Assembly (NCBI GenBank): GCA_947449765.1
Contig: CANFSP010000009.1
Coordinates: 1,266-65,265, forward strand
Length of the DNA stretch: 64,000 nt
From: Actinomycetota bacterium
GTDB taxonomy: Bacteria > Actinomycetota > Actinomycetes > Actinomycetales > Microbacteriaceae
Direction of reading: 5' to 3'
Below the pieces are notes generated by a model, which worked only from the letters and a program-made list of their open reading frames with translations, searched no databases and was not told where the DNA came from. The translations under genes and the position numbers were made by a program. Shown here piece after piece: positions 34,108-43,225 of the stretch (the stretch's first letter is position 1; the number at the start of each line of letters is the position of its first letter).

Positions 34108-35193
34108 CTAATTCGCGACCTCTTGGTATGCGGCAAACAGCACCGAGGTATCCGGCACATTTATGGTCGTGGGTGAGGCAATACCATTGAGCACGATGAA
34201 GCGAAGCATCGACCCCCTGGCCTTCTTGTCACGGCGCATCGTTGCCAGCAGCGTGTTCCATCGCCCCGCCGGATATTCGGTCGGGAGGGTGAGCGACGAG
34301 AGAATGCGACGGTGTCTTTCCACAATCTCGTCAGGCAGGTTCTGCGTCATCCGAGAAAGTTCAGCCGCGAACATCATGCCCACAGAAATCGCTGCGCCAT
34401 GTCGCCACTGATAACGCTCGGCGTGCTCAATGGCGTGTCCCAAGGTGTGTCCGTAATTGAGTATCTCTCGTTGCCCCTGTTCGGTGAAGTCCTCGCTGAC
34501 AACGCGAGCCTTTATCCCGATGGATAGCTCAATCACACGGCGAAACTCGTGAGATTGCGGATCGGTTGCCCGATCGACATCGGCTTCAAGAATCTGGAGG
34601 ATTTCCTCGTCTCCGATGAAGCCGCACTTGACGATTTCTGCAAAGCCCGCCAGCAGCTCGTTTCGCGGAAGCGTGTCAAGCAGGTCAAGGTCACACAGCA
34701 CCGCGCGTGGTGCATAGAACGCACCGACGAGATTTTTGCCTTCGGCAGTATTGATGGCCGTTTTACCACCGACCGAGGCATCGACCATGCCAAGTACCGT
34801 CGTGGGTATGTTTACGTAACGGATGCCGCGCAACCACGTCGCGGCGACGAATCCGGCGAGGTCGGTAACCGCTCCCCCTCCGAGGCCAATAATCGCATCC
34901 GTGCGGGTGAAATCAGATTGTCCGAGCACCTGCCAACAGAAGGACGCCACTTCGATTCGCTTGCCGGCCTCGGCGTCCGGAATTTCCGCAAGAAGAGCGG
35001 TGAGCGTGCCGCTCAACTCCTCCCGCAGATTTTCTGCGACCTCGCGAAGTGACACGGGATGCACGATGAGAACTTGCGAGACGCCGGAGCCCAGCGCGCT
35101 CAACAACATGTCCTGATCGCTGGTGAGTCCTCGGCCAACCGCTATGTCGTAGGACGTCTCTCCGGTGACGCTGATGATCGTGTTTTCAGTCAC
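34108..35193 (-). CDS. aroB: 3-dehydroquinate synthase
   Basis: 361 aa with GGGAVTDLAGFVAATWLRG and metal-binding HTLGHAIE. Confidence 0.95.
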   Translation of the reverse strand: MTENTIISVTGETSYDIAVGRGLTSDQDMLLSALGSGVSQVLIVHPVSLREVAENLREELSGTLTALLAEIPDAEAGKRIEVASFCWQVLGQSDFTRTDAIIGLGGGAVTDLAGFVAATWLRGIRYVNIPTTVLGMVDASVGGKTAINTAEGKNLVGAFYAPRAVLCDLDLLDTLPRNELLAGFAEIVKCGFIGDEEILQILEADVDRATDPQSHEFRRVIELSIGIKARVVSEDFTEQGQREILNYGHTLGHAIEHAERYQWRHGAAISVGMMFAAELSRMTQNLPDEIVERHRRILSSLTLPTEYPAGRWNTLLATMRRDKKARGSMLRFIVLNGIASPTTINVPDTSVLFAAYQEVAN

Positions 35194-35714
35194 TGAGGAT
35201 GCTCGCTTTCAGCTGGATATCCATTGGTGATCCACTCAACAATGTCGCGGGAAATCTCATCAAGGTTTCCACGGGATGTGTCGTAGGTTCGAGTAGCGAG
35301 GCGCTCGTAGAGTGGCCGGCGAGCCTCGAATATTTTTAGCCACGCGTCTACGCCACCGTGCGAGACGAGGGGTCGCTTGCCGCCCTCCAATCGCTCGGCC
35401 ACAGCATCTGGGGAGACGGTGAGATACACCACCGGGAGTTCTGCAAGACGAGCCTGCGTGCCGCGGGCGAGGACAGCACCACCACCGAGACTCACTACGG
35501 AATCCGTGGCCACCGCACGGGCCACGAGAGCCTCTTCAATCCTGCGAAACTCATCTTCTCCGTGCTCAGAAAAGAACGTGGCGATTTCACCCTGCTCGGC
35601 AACGAACATCTTGTCCGTATCCAATCGAGGCGCGCCCAGCAGGGACGAAACGCGTTTCCCAACCTTGGTCTTACCTGCGGCCATCGGGCCAATAAGAACG
35701 ACGCGAGCAGTCAT
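35190..35714 (-). CDS. aroK: shikimate kinase
   Basis: 174 aa with the P-loop GPMAAGKT. Confidence 0.93.
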   Translation of the reverse strand: MTARVVLIGPMAAGKTKVGKRVSSLLGAPRLDTDKMFVAEQGEIATFFSEHGEDEFRRIEEALVARAVATDSVVSLGGGAVLARGTQARLAELPVVYLTVSPDAVAERLEGGKRPLVSHGGVDAWLKIFEARRPLYERLATRTYDTSRGNLDEISRDIVEWITNGYPAESEHPQ

Positions 35715-35716
35715 AC

Positions 35717-36910
35717 CTACTCGCGGGAGGATGAGAGTGAGCTTGGGATGTGGGCAACGAAACTGTCAAGATTGCGCTTCGTTTCCGCGATGTTGTCGCC
35801 CCCGAATTTTTCAAGCACTGCCTCGGCGAGCACTAGGGCGACCATAGCTTCGGCAACCACCCCGGCCGCAGGAACAGCACAGACATCTGAACGTTGGTGG
35901 TGCGCACCGGCAGCTTCCCCGGTGGACACATCGACGGTCTTGAGAGCATGTGGGACCGTGGCAATCGGCTTCATGCCGGCGCGCACGCGAAGCACCGTTC
36001 CCGTGGACATGCCACCTTCGATACCACCCGCGCGCCCAGACTCGCGCGTGATACCGTCCGGACCAGGCACAATCTCGTCGTGCGCTACCGATCCCCGGCG
36101 GCGCGTGGTTTCGAATCCATCGCCGACCTCCACGCCCTTGATAGCTTGAATGCCCATGAGTGCGCCCGCAATCCGCGAGTCAAGACGTCGATCCCAGTGC
36201 ACGTGAGAACCCAACCCGGCAGGGAGACCGTACGCTAAAACTTCAACGACTCCGCCAATCGTGTCGCCGGTATCGTGAGCATCCTGAATTTCGGCAATCA
36301 TCGCGACGCTGGTGTCAGGATAAAAGCAGCGCACTTCGTCTGCGTCAATCGTGGCAACGTCGGATGCGTGAGGCAAGGTCCCACCATCCGGAACCATCAC
36401 CGGCCCGATGGCGACGGTGTGACTCACGAGTGTGATGCCAAGTTGACCAAGGAAGCTGCGCGCCACTGCACCGAGTGCAACTCGTGCCGCAGTCTCGCGC
36501 GCGCTCGCCCGCTCCAGAATCGGCCGAGCTTCGTCAAATCCGTACTTCTGCATGCCGACGAGATCGGCGTGACCGGGTCGAGGACGCGTCAAAGGAGCAC
36601 CGCGTCCGGAGGATCGAACGTCTTCTGCGACGGGATCGGGACTCATCACTTCGGTCCACTTTGGCCACTCGGAATTACCGATGCGCAACGCTACTGGCCC
36701 ACCGAGAGTGAGTCCGTGCCGAACTCCGCCCGAAATGCTGAGTTCATCTTGCTCGAATTTCATCCGAGCGCCACGCCCAAATCCGAGTCGACGACGCTGC
36801 AAATCCGCCTGAATGTCGTCTCTCAGAACCGGGATTCCGGCGGGAAGACCTTCAATTATCGCGATGAGTTCCGGACCGTGAGATTCACCTGCAGTAAGCC
36901 ATCGAAGCAT
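35717..36910 (-). CDS. aroC: chorismate synthase
   Basis: 397 aa with [13 protein letters not shown] at the N-terminus. Confidence 0.97.
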   Translation of the reverse strand: MLRWLTAGESHGPELIAIIEGLPAGIPVLRDDIQADLQRRRLGFGRGARMKFEQDELSISGGVRHGLTLGGPVALRIGNSEWPKWTEVMSPDPVAEDVRSSGRGAPLTRPRPGHADLVGMQKYGFDEARPILERASARETAARVALGAVARSFLGQLGITLVSHTVAIGPVMVPDGGTLPHASDVATIDADEVRCFYPDTSVAMIAEIQDAHDTGDTIGGVVEVLAYGLPAGLGSHVHWDRRLDSRIAGALMGIQAIKGVEVGDGFETTRRRGSVAHDEIVPGPDGITRESGRAGGIEGGMSTGTVLRVRAGMKPIATVPHALKTVDVSTGEAAGAHHQRSDVCAVPAAGVVAEAMVALVLAEAVLEKFGGDNIAETKRNLDSFVAHIPSSLSSSRE

Positions 36911-36985
36911 GGCTTAAGTCTGTCACATCGAACTATGGAGCCGAGTCACCGCGCAACGAACACACGTCCTGCACTGACGAATGAG

Positions 36986-37840
36986 CTAGAGGCCGAGTTC
37001 GTTCAGACCGACACTCGCGAACATGGCTTGCATGACGGCAGTTTCATCAGGTAATTGTGCGTCGCCGTCATCGAGCAAAAAAAGCTTCACTTGCTTGAGT
37101 GCCTGAAAGGCCAGCATCGAGAGTCCGCTCACTGTAACCCCACCGCGCTCTCGCCACTCCAGCGCGCGAGGGCTTGGCCAGACGTCGTACGCCGCATCCA
37201 GCAAGATCGCGTTGTCGCATCTAGCCAGCGATTCGAGACCAACCTGGGCAGAACCTGGCACCGTCGATACACAGACCTCTGCCTCGGGCAGAGTGGACAC
37301 GTCACTGAGTGCGACGACGGTCAACGGCATCTTCAGGCGAGCAGCAAGCGCAACCAGTTGGCCTGCGCGAGAGGTGTCTCGAAGACCTACGCTCGTCCGC
37401 GCTACGCCTAGATCCCGCAGTGCGACCAGCGATGACTCTGCGGTCGCACCACCGCCAATGATGACTGCGTGGCCAATTTCTCCAGCGCCGGCCGCGGTCA
37501 GGGCAGACGCCATCCCGAACACGTCGGTGTTGTATCCACTCACCGTTCGACCCTGTTCATCGGGTGCGAACACAAGCGTGTTTACAGCGCCGGTGCTCTG
37601 CGCTGCGTCATCGTGGTTCTGTGCAAGCTGCCAGGCTTCCCGCTTGAGCGGCATGGTGACCGAGAGTCCACGCCAACGGGAATCGCATCCTGAAACAAAG
37701 TGGCTCAGCTGGCCTGCCGGGACTTCATAACGCGCATACTCCCAATCAAGATGGAGAACACGATACGCAGCAGCGTGAAGGATGGGAGATTTGCTGTGCG
37801 CAATCGGTGATCCCACTACGCCAAGCTGTGTTGAAGTCAT
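36986..37840 (-). CDS. aroE: shikimate 5-dehydrogenase
   Basis: GSPIAHSKSP motif. The ATG at 37840 (MTSTQLGVVGSP...) avoids the 31-nt overlap with mltG that the GTG at 37879 in the ORF track implies. Confidence 0.88.
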   Translation of the reverse strand: MTSTQLGVVGSPIAHSKSPILHAAAYRVLHLDWEYARYEVPAGQLSHFVSGCDSRWRGLSVTMPLKREAWQLAQNHDDAAQSTGAVNTLVFAPDEQGRTVSGYNTDVFGMASALTAAGAGEIGHAVIIGGGATAESSLVALRDLGVARTSVGLRDTSRAGQLVALAARLKMPLTVVALSDVSTLPEAEVCVSTVPGSAQVGLESLARCDNAILLDAAYDVWPSPRALEWRERGGVTVSGLSMLAFQALKQVKLFLLDDGDAQLPDETAVMQAMFASVGLNELGL

Positions 37841-37848
37841 CGTGACAA

Positions 37849-38973
37849 CTACTTGTACTCGGGGTGTTCCTGCCACCAAGCCTGGCTTTGCGCGACGGCA
37901 ACCTCGTGCTCGGCCAACGTTTCAGAAAACACTGTCTCACCTGTCTCGAAATTCACCGCGACAAAGAACAGCCATGCACCATCAGCGGGATGCAATGCGG
38001 CATCGATAGCGTCTGCACCCGGATTAGAAATAGGCGCAAAGAGCATTCCCGGATGAACATAGGTGTTGTAAGGATTACCGGAATCTGCGCGCTCAGCGGC
38101 AGTGGTATTCATCATGTTCGTGTTTCCCGTGCCGTAGGCGACAGTGGCATCAGATTCAAGAAGGCCCGAGTCCCACAAGTCGGGGCTAAGTCGGTTTTGG
38201 AAAACCCGACTGACCTTGTACATATCCGGAACAGAACCCGATTCCTTTTGGACGAGCGACGCAAGAGTAATCACACTCCATCGGTCTTCCGGAGCAACAC
38301 CGGCAGAATCCAAGTCCTCGATACACCGATCGACCATGGTCTGCAGAATCTCCGTTGCGGTCATGCCCGGTGAGAACTCATATGTTGCCGGAAATAAGAA
38401 GCCTTCGAGTGACGGCGCATCGGCGGGAAGGCCAAACGACGTTGGATCCGTTGCCGCGGTTTCAAAGTCAGCCACGGGGATGCTCGTTTTGTCGGCAAGT
38501 ATCGCCAGTACTTTGGGAAGGATTGTTCCCTCAGGAATGACGACCTGGTTGACCACCCGATTGTTCTCGTCGAGCAAAGCCGCTAGAGCCAATTCCGACG
38601 ACATTTCTTTTTTGAGACGAAATGTACCCGGAGTAAAAACGGGAGCAGGGTCAGTCTTGAGCAAAAGCCGGTAAAACGAATCGAAACTCTTGACGACACC
38701 GGCACTCTCGAGGTTTCGTGCGACGTCTTCGCCGATGTCGCCCTCGTGTACCTCGAAGAGAACTTCTGTGGTGCCCGTTCCCGAGTAGTCATCTGAAGGG
38801 TGAAGCCACGAGCTCACCGTTCCCGTTGTCACGAGAGCAATCGACGTGCCAACGAGAACACAGGCTGCCACGATTCCAAGAACGAGAAAAAGCCGCTTGC
38901 GTCGCGGCGGCTTGGATCCGGAATTTCGGGAGTGTTGAGCGGTAGCGCCCTGCTGTCCATCGGGGTAGTACAC
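37849..38973 (-). CDS. mltG: endolytic murein transglycosylase MltG (YceG-like)
   Basis: 374 aa with a basic N-terminus, one TM helix and a YceG-like domain (NPYNTYVHPGMLFAPISNPG). Confidence 0.88.
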   Translation of the reverse strand: MYYPDGQQGATAQHSRNSGSKPPRRKRLFLVLGIVAACVLVGTSIALVTTGTVSSWLHPSDDYSGTGTTEVLFEVHEGDIGEDVARNLESAGVVKSFDSFYRLLLKTDPAPVFTPGTFRLKKEMSSELALAALLDENNRVVNQVVIPEGTILPKVLAILADKTSIPVADFETAATDPTSFGLPADAPSLEGFLFPATYEFSPGMTATEILQTMVDRCIEDLDSAGVAPEDRWSVITLASLVQKESGSVPDMYKVSRVFQNRLSPDLWDSGLLESDATVAYGTGNTNMMNTTAAERADSGNPYNTYVHPGMLFAPISNPGADAIDAALHPADGAWLFFVAVNFETGETVFSETLAEHEVAVAQSQAWWQEHPEYK

Positions 38974-38987
38974 GTCGTGCTCTCCTT

Positions 38988-39449
38988 CTACAACTGCGCT
39001 ACAGGCGTACCGGTCGGTCGGCCCGAAATCCGTTCCGAATCGAGCGCATGCTGTAAAACCATAACAGCGGCGACCTGATCAACGACTGAACGCGTCTCGC
39101 GTTGCGACTTTCCGTTTGCGCGCAGTGCCTGATGCGCTGAGACCGTGGTCAGCCGCTCATCGACCATCATGACGTCACTCGACAGACGAGAATCCAAGTC
39201 GCGGGCTAGGTTCAGTGCATCCTCTGTGGATGCCGTGTGCGCCCCGGCAAGGTTGAGCGGCAAACCGACCACAACCTCAATCACCTCATATTCTCGTGCG
39301 AGAGCGACCATGCGTTCGAGTAAGTCCTCATCCGTTCGCTGGAGAGTCTGCACCGGAGTGGCAAGCAACCCCTCCGGATCGCTCACGGCAATTCCGACGC
39401 GCGCGCGACCGACATCCACTCCAAGCCGTCTGCCGTGTCGCAAGGTCAC
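38988..39449 (-). CDS. ruvX: Holliday-junction-resolvase-like pre-16S rRNA nuclease YqgF/RuvX
   Basis: The GTG at 39449 forms a GTGA overlap with the alaS stop and gives VTLRHGRRLGVDVGRARVGIAVSD, the typical RuvX start. The longer track ORF overlaps alaS. Confidence 0.88.
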   Translation of the reverse strand: MTLRHGRRLGVDVGRARVGIAVSDPEGLLATPVQTLQRTDEDLLERMVALAREYEVIEVVVGLPLNLAGAHTASTEDALNLARDLDSRLSSDVMMVDERLTTVSAHQALRANGKSQRETRSVVDQVAAVMVLQHALDSERISGRPTGTPVAQL

Positions 39450-42103
39450 ACACCCGCGTTGGCACGAATGGTCGCCAGTGCCGCCTCGAGAGCCGCGCTG
39501 TCGGTGCCGCCGCACTGTGCCATGTCGTCGCGACCTCCGCCACCGCCTCCCATCACAGAAGCCGCGGCTTTTGCCAATGCTCCTGCCTTGTGACCTGCTT
39601 CACGAGCTGAGGCAGTTGTGGCAATGATGATGCTCGGCTTGTCGTCAATCACCGCTCCGAGTGCGACCAGGGCGCGTTCGTGCGCAACGGTGTCACGCAG
39701 GACTGTCACTAGTTCGCGAAGATCCTCTACTCGACCGAGAACACCAACATTGAGGATGAGTGATTTCGCGTCACCGTGTGACTCAAACTGTGTGCGCAGC
39801 TCCGGAACACGCGCGCGGATGGCTTGAGACTCAAACTCGGCAATTCGCTTCTCAGCGGTTTTGAGAGACTGCGCAAGCTCCGCGAATCGAGCGAGAACCT
39901 GATCACGAGGGGCTTTGAGATTCGACGAAAGCTCAGAAACGATTGCTCGCTCAGCGGCAAATGACGCAAAGGCGTTTGCTCCAACGAGAGCCTCAATGCG
40001 ACGGTTAGACGAACCGACCGATGACTCTGAAATCACATTGACCAGACCGATTTCAGCACTCGACGCCACGTGCGTCCCCGCGCACAATTCACGACTAAAT
40101 GGTCCACCAATGTCGACCATTCGAACGACGTCGCCATACTTTTCACCGAACAGGGCCATCGCACCGAGAGATTTGGCCTCATCAAGAGACATTTCGCGGG
40201 TGATGACGTCAAAGTTTGACAGCACCGCGTTATTTGCTATCTCTTCAATCTCTGACCGTGTTGCCGGGCTGAGGGCGTCGCTCCAGCTAAAGTCCAAGCG
40301 CAGGTAGCCAGCTTTATTGTACGAACCTGCCTGATGCGCGTCCCCACCTAAGGTTTGCCGCAAGGCGGCATGTACGAGGTGTGTTGCGGAGTGAGCCGCA
40401 GAGGCGGTTCGACGATTCTTACGATCGACCACCGTTGTTGCTTTGTCATCACGAGCAACTACACCGCTGGTGACGGTGGCCGTATGACTAACGAGACCGG
40501 CAATGGGACGCTGCACATCCAGCACATCAAGCTCGAAGTTCGCGCCGATAATCGTGCCAGCATCGCTGTCTTGGCCACCAGATTCGGCATACAGCGTCGT
40601 GGTTCCCACGATGACCTCAACGGTCTCACCAGCACTAGCTGACGCCACCGGAACGCCGTCTTTCAACAGCCCGATAATTGTGGTTTCTGCATCAAAATCG
40701 GTGTATCCCGCAAAGGTCGTTTCACCCAAGCTGCGAAACTCACCGTAGACAGAAAGATCGGCTTTCAACGACTTCTTCGCTTTAGCATCAGCCTTTGCCC
40801 GCGCGCGCTGTTCGGCCATGAGTGAATCGAATGCGGAGCGATCGACACTCAGTCCGGCTTCCTCGGCCATTTCGAGGGTCAAGTCGATGGGAAATCCGAA
40901 AGTGTCGTGAAGCAGAAACGCGGTATCTCCACTGAGTCGCGTGGACGAACTCTTTTTCGTTTCGTCTACTGCGACATCAAGAATCGTAGTTCCGGAGACC
41001 AGAGTTTTGAGAAATGTCTCTTCTTCGGCAAAGGCGATTCGTGAAATTCGCGAATAGTCAGCCTCCACCTCAGGATAGGAATCCTTCATCGCGTCACGAG
41101 AGGCGGCAAAAAGTTCGGGAAAGGTCACGCTATCGACACCGAGAAGTCGCATGGCTCGAACACTTCGACGCAGCAGACGTCGCAAAATATATCCGCGACC
41201 CTCGTTGGCCGCAGTAACACCGTCGGACATCAACATCAGGGCACTTCGCACGTGATCGGCCACCACTCGTAACCGCACATCCGCCTCGCGGTGTGCGCCG
41301 TACGTTACCCCGGCGAGCTCTGCGGCCGCATCAATGACCGGACGAACCTGGTCGATTTCATAAATATTCTCGACACCCTGCTTGAGGAATGCGACGCGCT
41401 CGAGCCCCATACCGGTATCGATGTTTTTGCTCGGCAATTCACCGAGAATCTCAAAGTCGGTCTTACCGCCGCCTGCACCACGCAAGTACTGCATGAAGAC
41501 CAAGTTCCATATTTCGAGGTAACGCGAGTCATCGGCCGCCGGTCCGCCATCGATGCCATAAGCCGGTCCGCGGTCGAAGTAGATTTCGGAACATGGACCT
41601 GCGGGACCGGGTTGCCCGGTCGACCAGTAGTTGTCCTCCATGCCCATTCGCTGGATGCGCGAATCCGGGAGCCCGGCGGTCTTTTTCCAAAAATCAATCG
41701 CCTCGTCATCGTCTTTGTAGACGGTGACCCACAGATCCTTTTCGTCGAAGCCAAGTCCCCCATCAGATTCGGACGACGTGAGGAGCTCCCACGCAAATTC
41801 GATAGCTTCACGCTTGAAATAGTCACCAAACGAGAAATTCCCATTCATTTGGAAAAAGGTCCCGTGTCGGGTCGTCTTGCCGACTTCCTCAATATCGAGG
41901 GTGCGGATGCACTTCTGCACGCTCGTCGCCCGAGGGTATGGGGCGGGCACAACTCCTGACATGTACGGAATGAACGGCACCATTCCGGCAACGGTGAACA
42001 GCAGACTCGGATCGTCGCTAACCAAGGATGCCGATGGCACAACAGTGTGCCCGCGGTCAGCAAAAAAAGTCAGCCAACGCTGACGAATGTCAGAAGTCTT
42101 CAT
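39446..42103 (-). CDS. alaS: alanine--tRNA ligase
   Basis: 885 aa with a class II core, an editing-domain HxxxH (HSATHLVHAAL) and a C-terminal DHHA1-like GGGGGR region. Confidence 0.98.
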   Translation of the reverse strand: MKTSDIRQRWLTFFADRGHTVVPSASLVSDDPSLLFTVAGMVPFIPYMSGVVPAPYPRATSVQKCIRTLDIEEVGKTTRHGTFFQMNGNFSFGDYFKREAIEFAWELLTSSESDGGLGFDEKDLWVTVYKDDDEAIDFWKKTAGLPDSRIQRMGMEDNYWSTGQPGPAGPCSEIYFDRGPAYGIDGGPAADDSRYLEIWNLVFMQYLRGAGGGKTDFEILGELPSKNIDTGMGLERVAFLKQGVENIYEIDQVRPVIDAAAELAGVTYGAHREADVRLRVVADHVRSALMLMSDGVTAANEGRGYILRRLLRRSVRAMRLLGVDSVTFPELFAASRDAMKDSYPEVEADYSRISRIAFAEEETFLKTLVSGTTILDVAVDETKKSSSTRLSGDTAFLLHDTFGFPIDLTLEMAEEAGLSVDRSAFDSLMAEQRARAKADAKAKKSLKADLSVYGEFRSLGETTFAGYTDFDAETTIIGLLKDGVPVASASAGETVEVIVGTTTLYAESGGQDSDAGTIIGANFELDVLDVQRPIAGLVSHTATVTSGVVARDDKATTVVDRKNRRTASAAHSATHLVHAALRQTLGGDAHQAGSYNKAGYLRLDFSWSDALSPATRSEIEEIANNAVLSNFDVITREMSLDEAKSLGAMALFGEKYGDVVRMVDIGGPFSRELCAGTHVASSAEIGLVNVISESSVGSSNRRIEALVGANAFASFAAERAIVSELSSNLKAPRDQVLARFAELAQSLKTAEKRIAEFESQAIRARVPELRTQFESHGDAKSLILNVGVLGRVEDLRELVTVLRDTVAHERALVALGAVIDDKPSIIIATTASAREAGHKAGALAKAAASVMGGGGGGRDDMAQCGGTDSAALEAALATIRANAGV

Positions 42104-42109
42104 TGACGA

Positions 42110-42292
42110 CTAGTTGCCGTTGCGAAGTTCTTCGATGCGCTCGTTATATCCCTCTGCTACGGCATCTTTCAATTGGCGGGCTTTAGCATCCACCGATTCA
42201 AAAAACTCTTTTCCGGTTTCGGTCCGCGAGAAAAGGACTGCAGCGACAACCCCGAGTCCGATGCCCCCAAGAACCCAAAAAATGCTCTTCAT
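42110..42292 (-). CDS. small membrane-anchored helical protein (YtxH/DUF948-like), hypothetical
   Basis: The ATG at 42292 gives a 60-aa product: MKSIFWVLGGIGLGVVAAVLF followed by an amphipathic helix. It ends 6 nt upstream of the alaS start. The longer GTG start at 42367 would run into the rpsD terminator. Confidence 0.5.
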   Translation of the reverse strand: MKSIFWVLGGIGLGVVAAVLFSRTETGKEFFESVDAKARQLKDAVAEGYNERIEELRNGN

Positions 42293-42350
42293 GTCAACTC
42301 TTTCTCTCAAAGAATGTGTCGAGGAACTCGACGACTTAATTGTACGACCC

Positions 42351-42387
42351 AAAAAGGTGAGGGCCACCCGCAGGGGTAGCCCTCACC
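42351..42387 (-). terminator. rho-independent terminator of rpsD
   Basis: On the minus strand: GGTGAGGGC-(14 nt)-GCCCTCACC followed by TTTTT. 9-bp GC-rich stem, 24 nt downstream of the rpsD stop. Confidence 0.8.
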
Positions 42388-42411
42388 TGTGCCACGAAAT
42401 CGTGACGAGAT

Positions 42412-43041
42412 TTAGCGTGCGGCGTAGTACTCAACCACGAGCTGAACTTCACAAATGATTGGAACTTCAGCACGCTTGGGGCGACGCACCAGGGTGGCGT
42501 GCAGCTTGTCGAGCTCGACGTCCAAGTACGCGGGAACGGGAGGAAGAACATCCACGTGTCCACCGGCGGCAGCAACCTGGAACGGTTCCATGCCTTCGGA
42601 GCGTTCTTTGACGTGAATGAGCTGACCCGGCTTGACCCGGTAAGACGGACGATCTACCAGCTGACCGTTGACCAGAATGTGACGGTGCACCACCATCTGT
42701 CGCGCCTGAGCCATGGTGCGTGCCATACCCGAGCGGAGAATGAGGGCGTCGAGACGCATCTCCAAAAGCTCAACCAGGTTCTCACCGGTGAGGCCCTCGG
42801 TGCGACGCGCCTCTTGGAAGACCCGTCGCAGCTGAGCTTCACGGATGCCGTACTGCGCACGAAGGCGCTGCTTCTCGCGAAGACGAACCGCGTAGTCGCT
42901 GTCCGCCTTGCGCTTGGTGCGGCCGTGCTCACCCGGAGCATAGGGACGCTTTTCGAGATACTTTGCTGCCTTCGGCGTGAGGGCGATGCCCAACGCGCGC
43001 GAGAGGCGAGTTTTACTGCGGGTACGTGACTTTGTAGACAC
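42412..43041 (-). CDS. rpsD: 30S ribosomal protein S4
   Basis: 209 aa beginning with the basic N-terminus STKSRTRSKTRLSRALG, plus an S4 RNA-binding domain. GTG start preceded by AAAGGA. Confidence 0.97.
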   Translation of the reverse strand: MSTKSRTRSKTRLSRALGIALTPKAAKYLEKRPYAPGEHGRTKRKADSDYAVRLREKQRLRAQYGIREAQLRRVFQEARRTEGLTGENLVELLEMRLDALILRSGMARTMAQARQMVVHRHILVNGQLVDRPSYRVKPGQLIHVKERSEGMEPFQVAAAGGHVDVLPPVPAYLDVELDKLHATLVRRPKRAEVPIICEVQLVVEYYAAR

Positions 43042-43225
43042 GATGTCCTTTCATTGAGGAGCGAGTTGCGCACGCGCAACCGCATTCACGCTAGCCGCGG
43101 GCCACGAGTGTGAACCGCGAAAAAGAGAGGATGCCCAGGACCCGGCTACAGGGTTACCCATGAGTTCGTAGGAGTTAATCATCGGCAGCCGCACCTCTGA
43201 TTACCGAACAGGCGCTTCTACGCTA

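Noticed and set aside
43042-43225. 184-nt untranslated region upstream of rpsD with a small hairpin (GTTGCG-CACG-CGCAAC, 43064-43079) near the RBS. Considered as a possible S4 autoregulatory leader.
   Set aside because: I could not derive a convincing pseudoknot or extended conserved structure by eye, and I recall no described actinobacterial S4 leader to compare with. The region must also hold the rarA terminator and the rpsD promoter. It is worth a covariance search but is not supportable as a feature.
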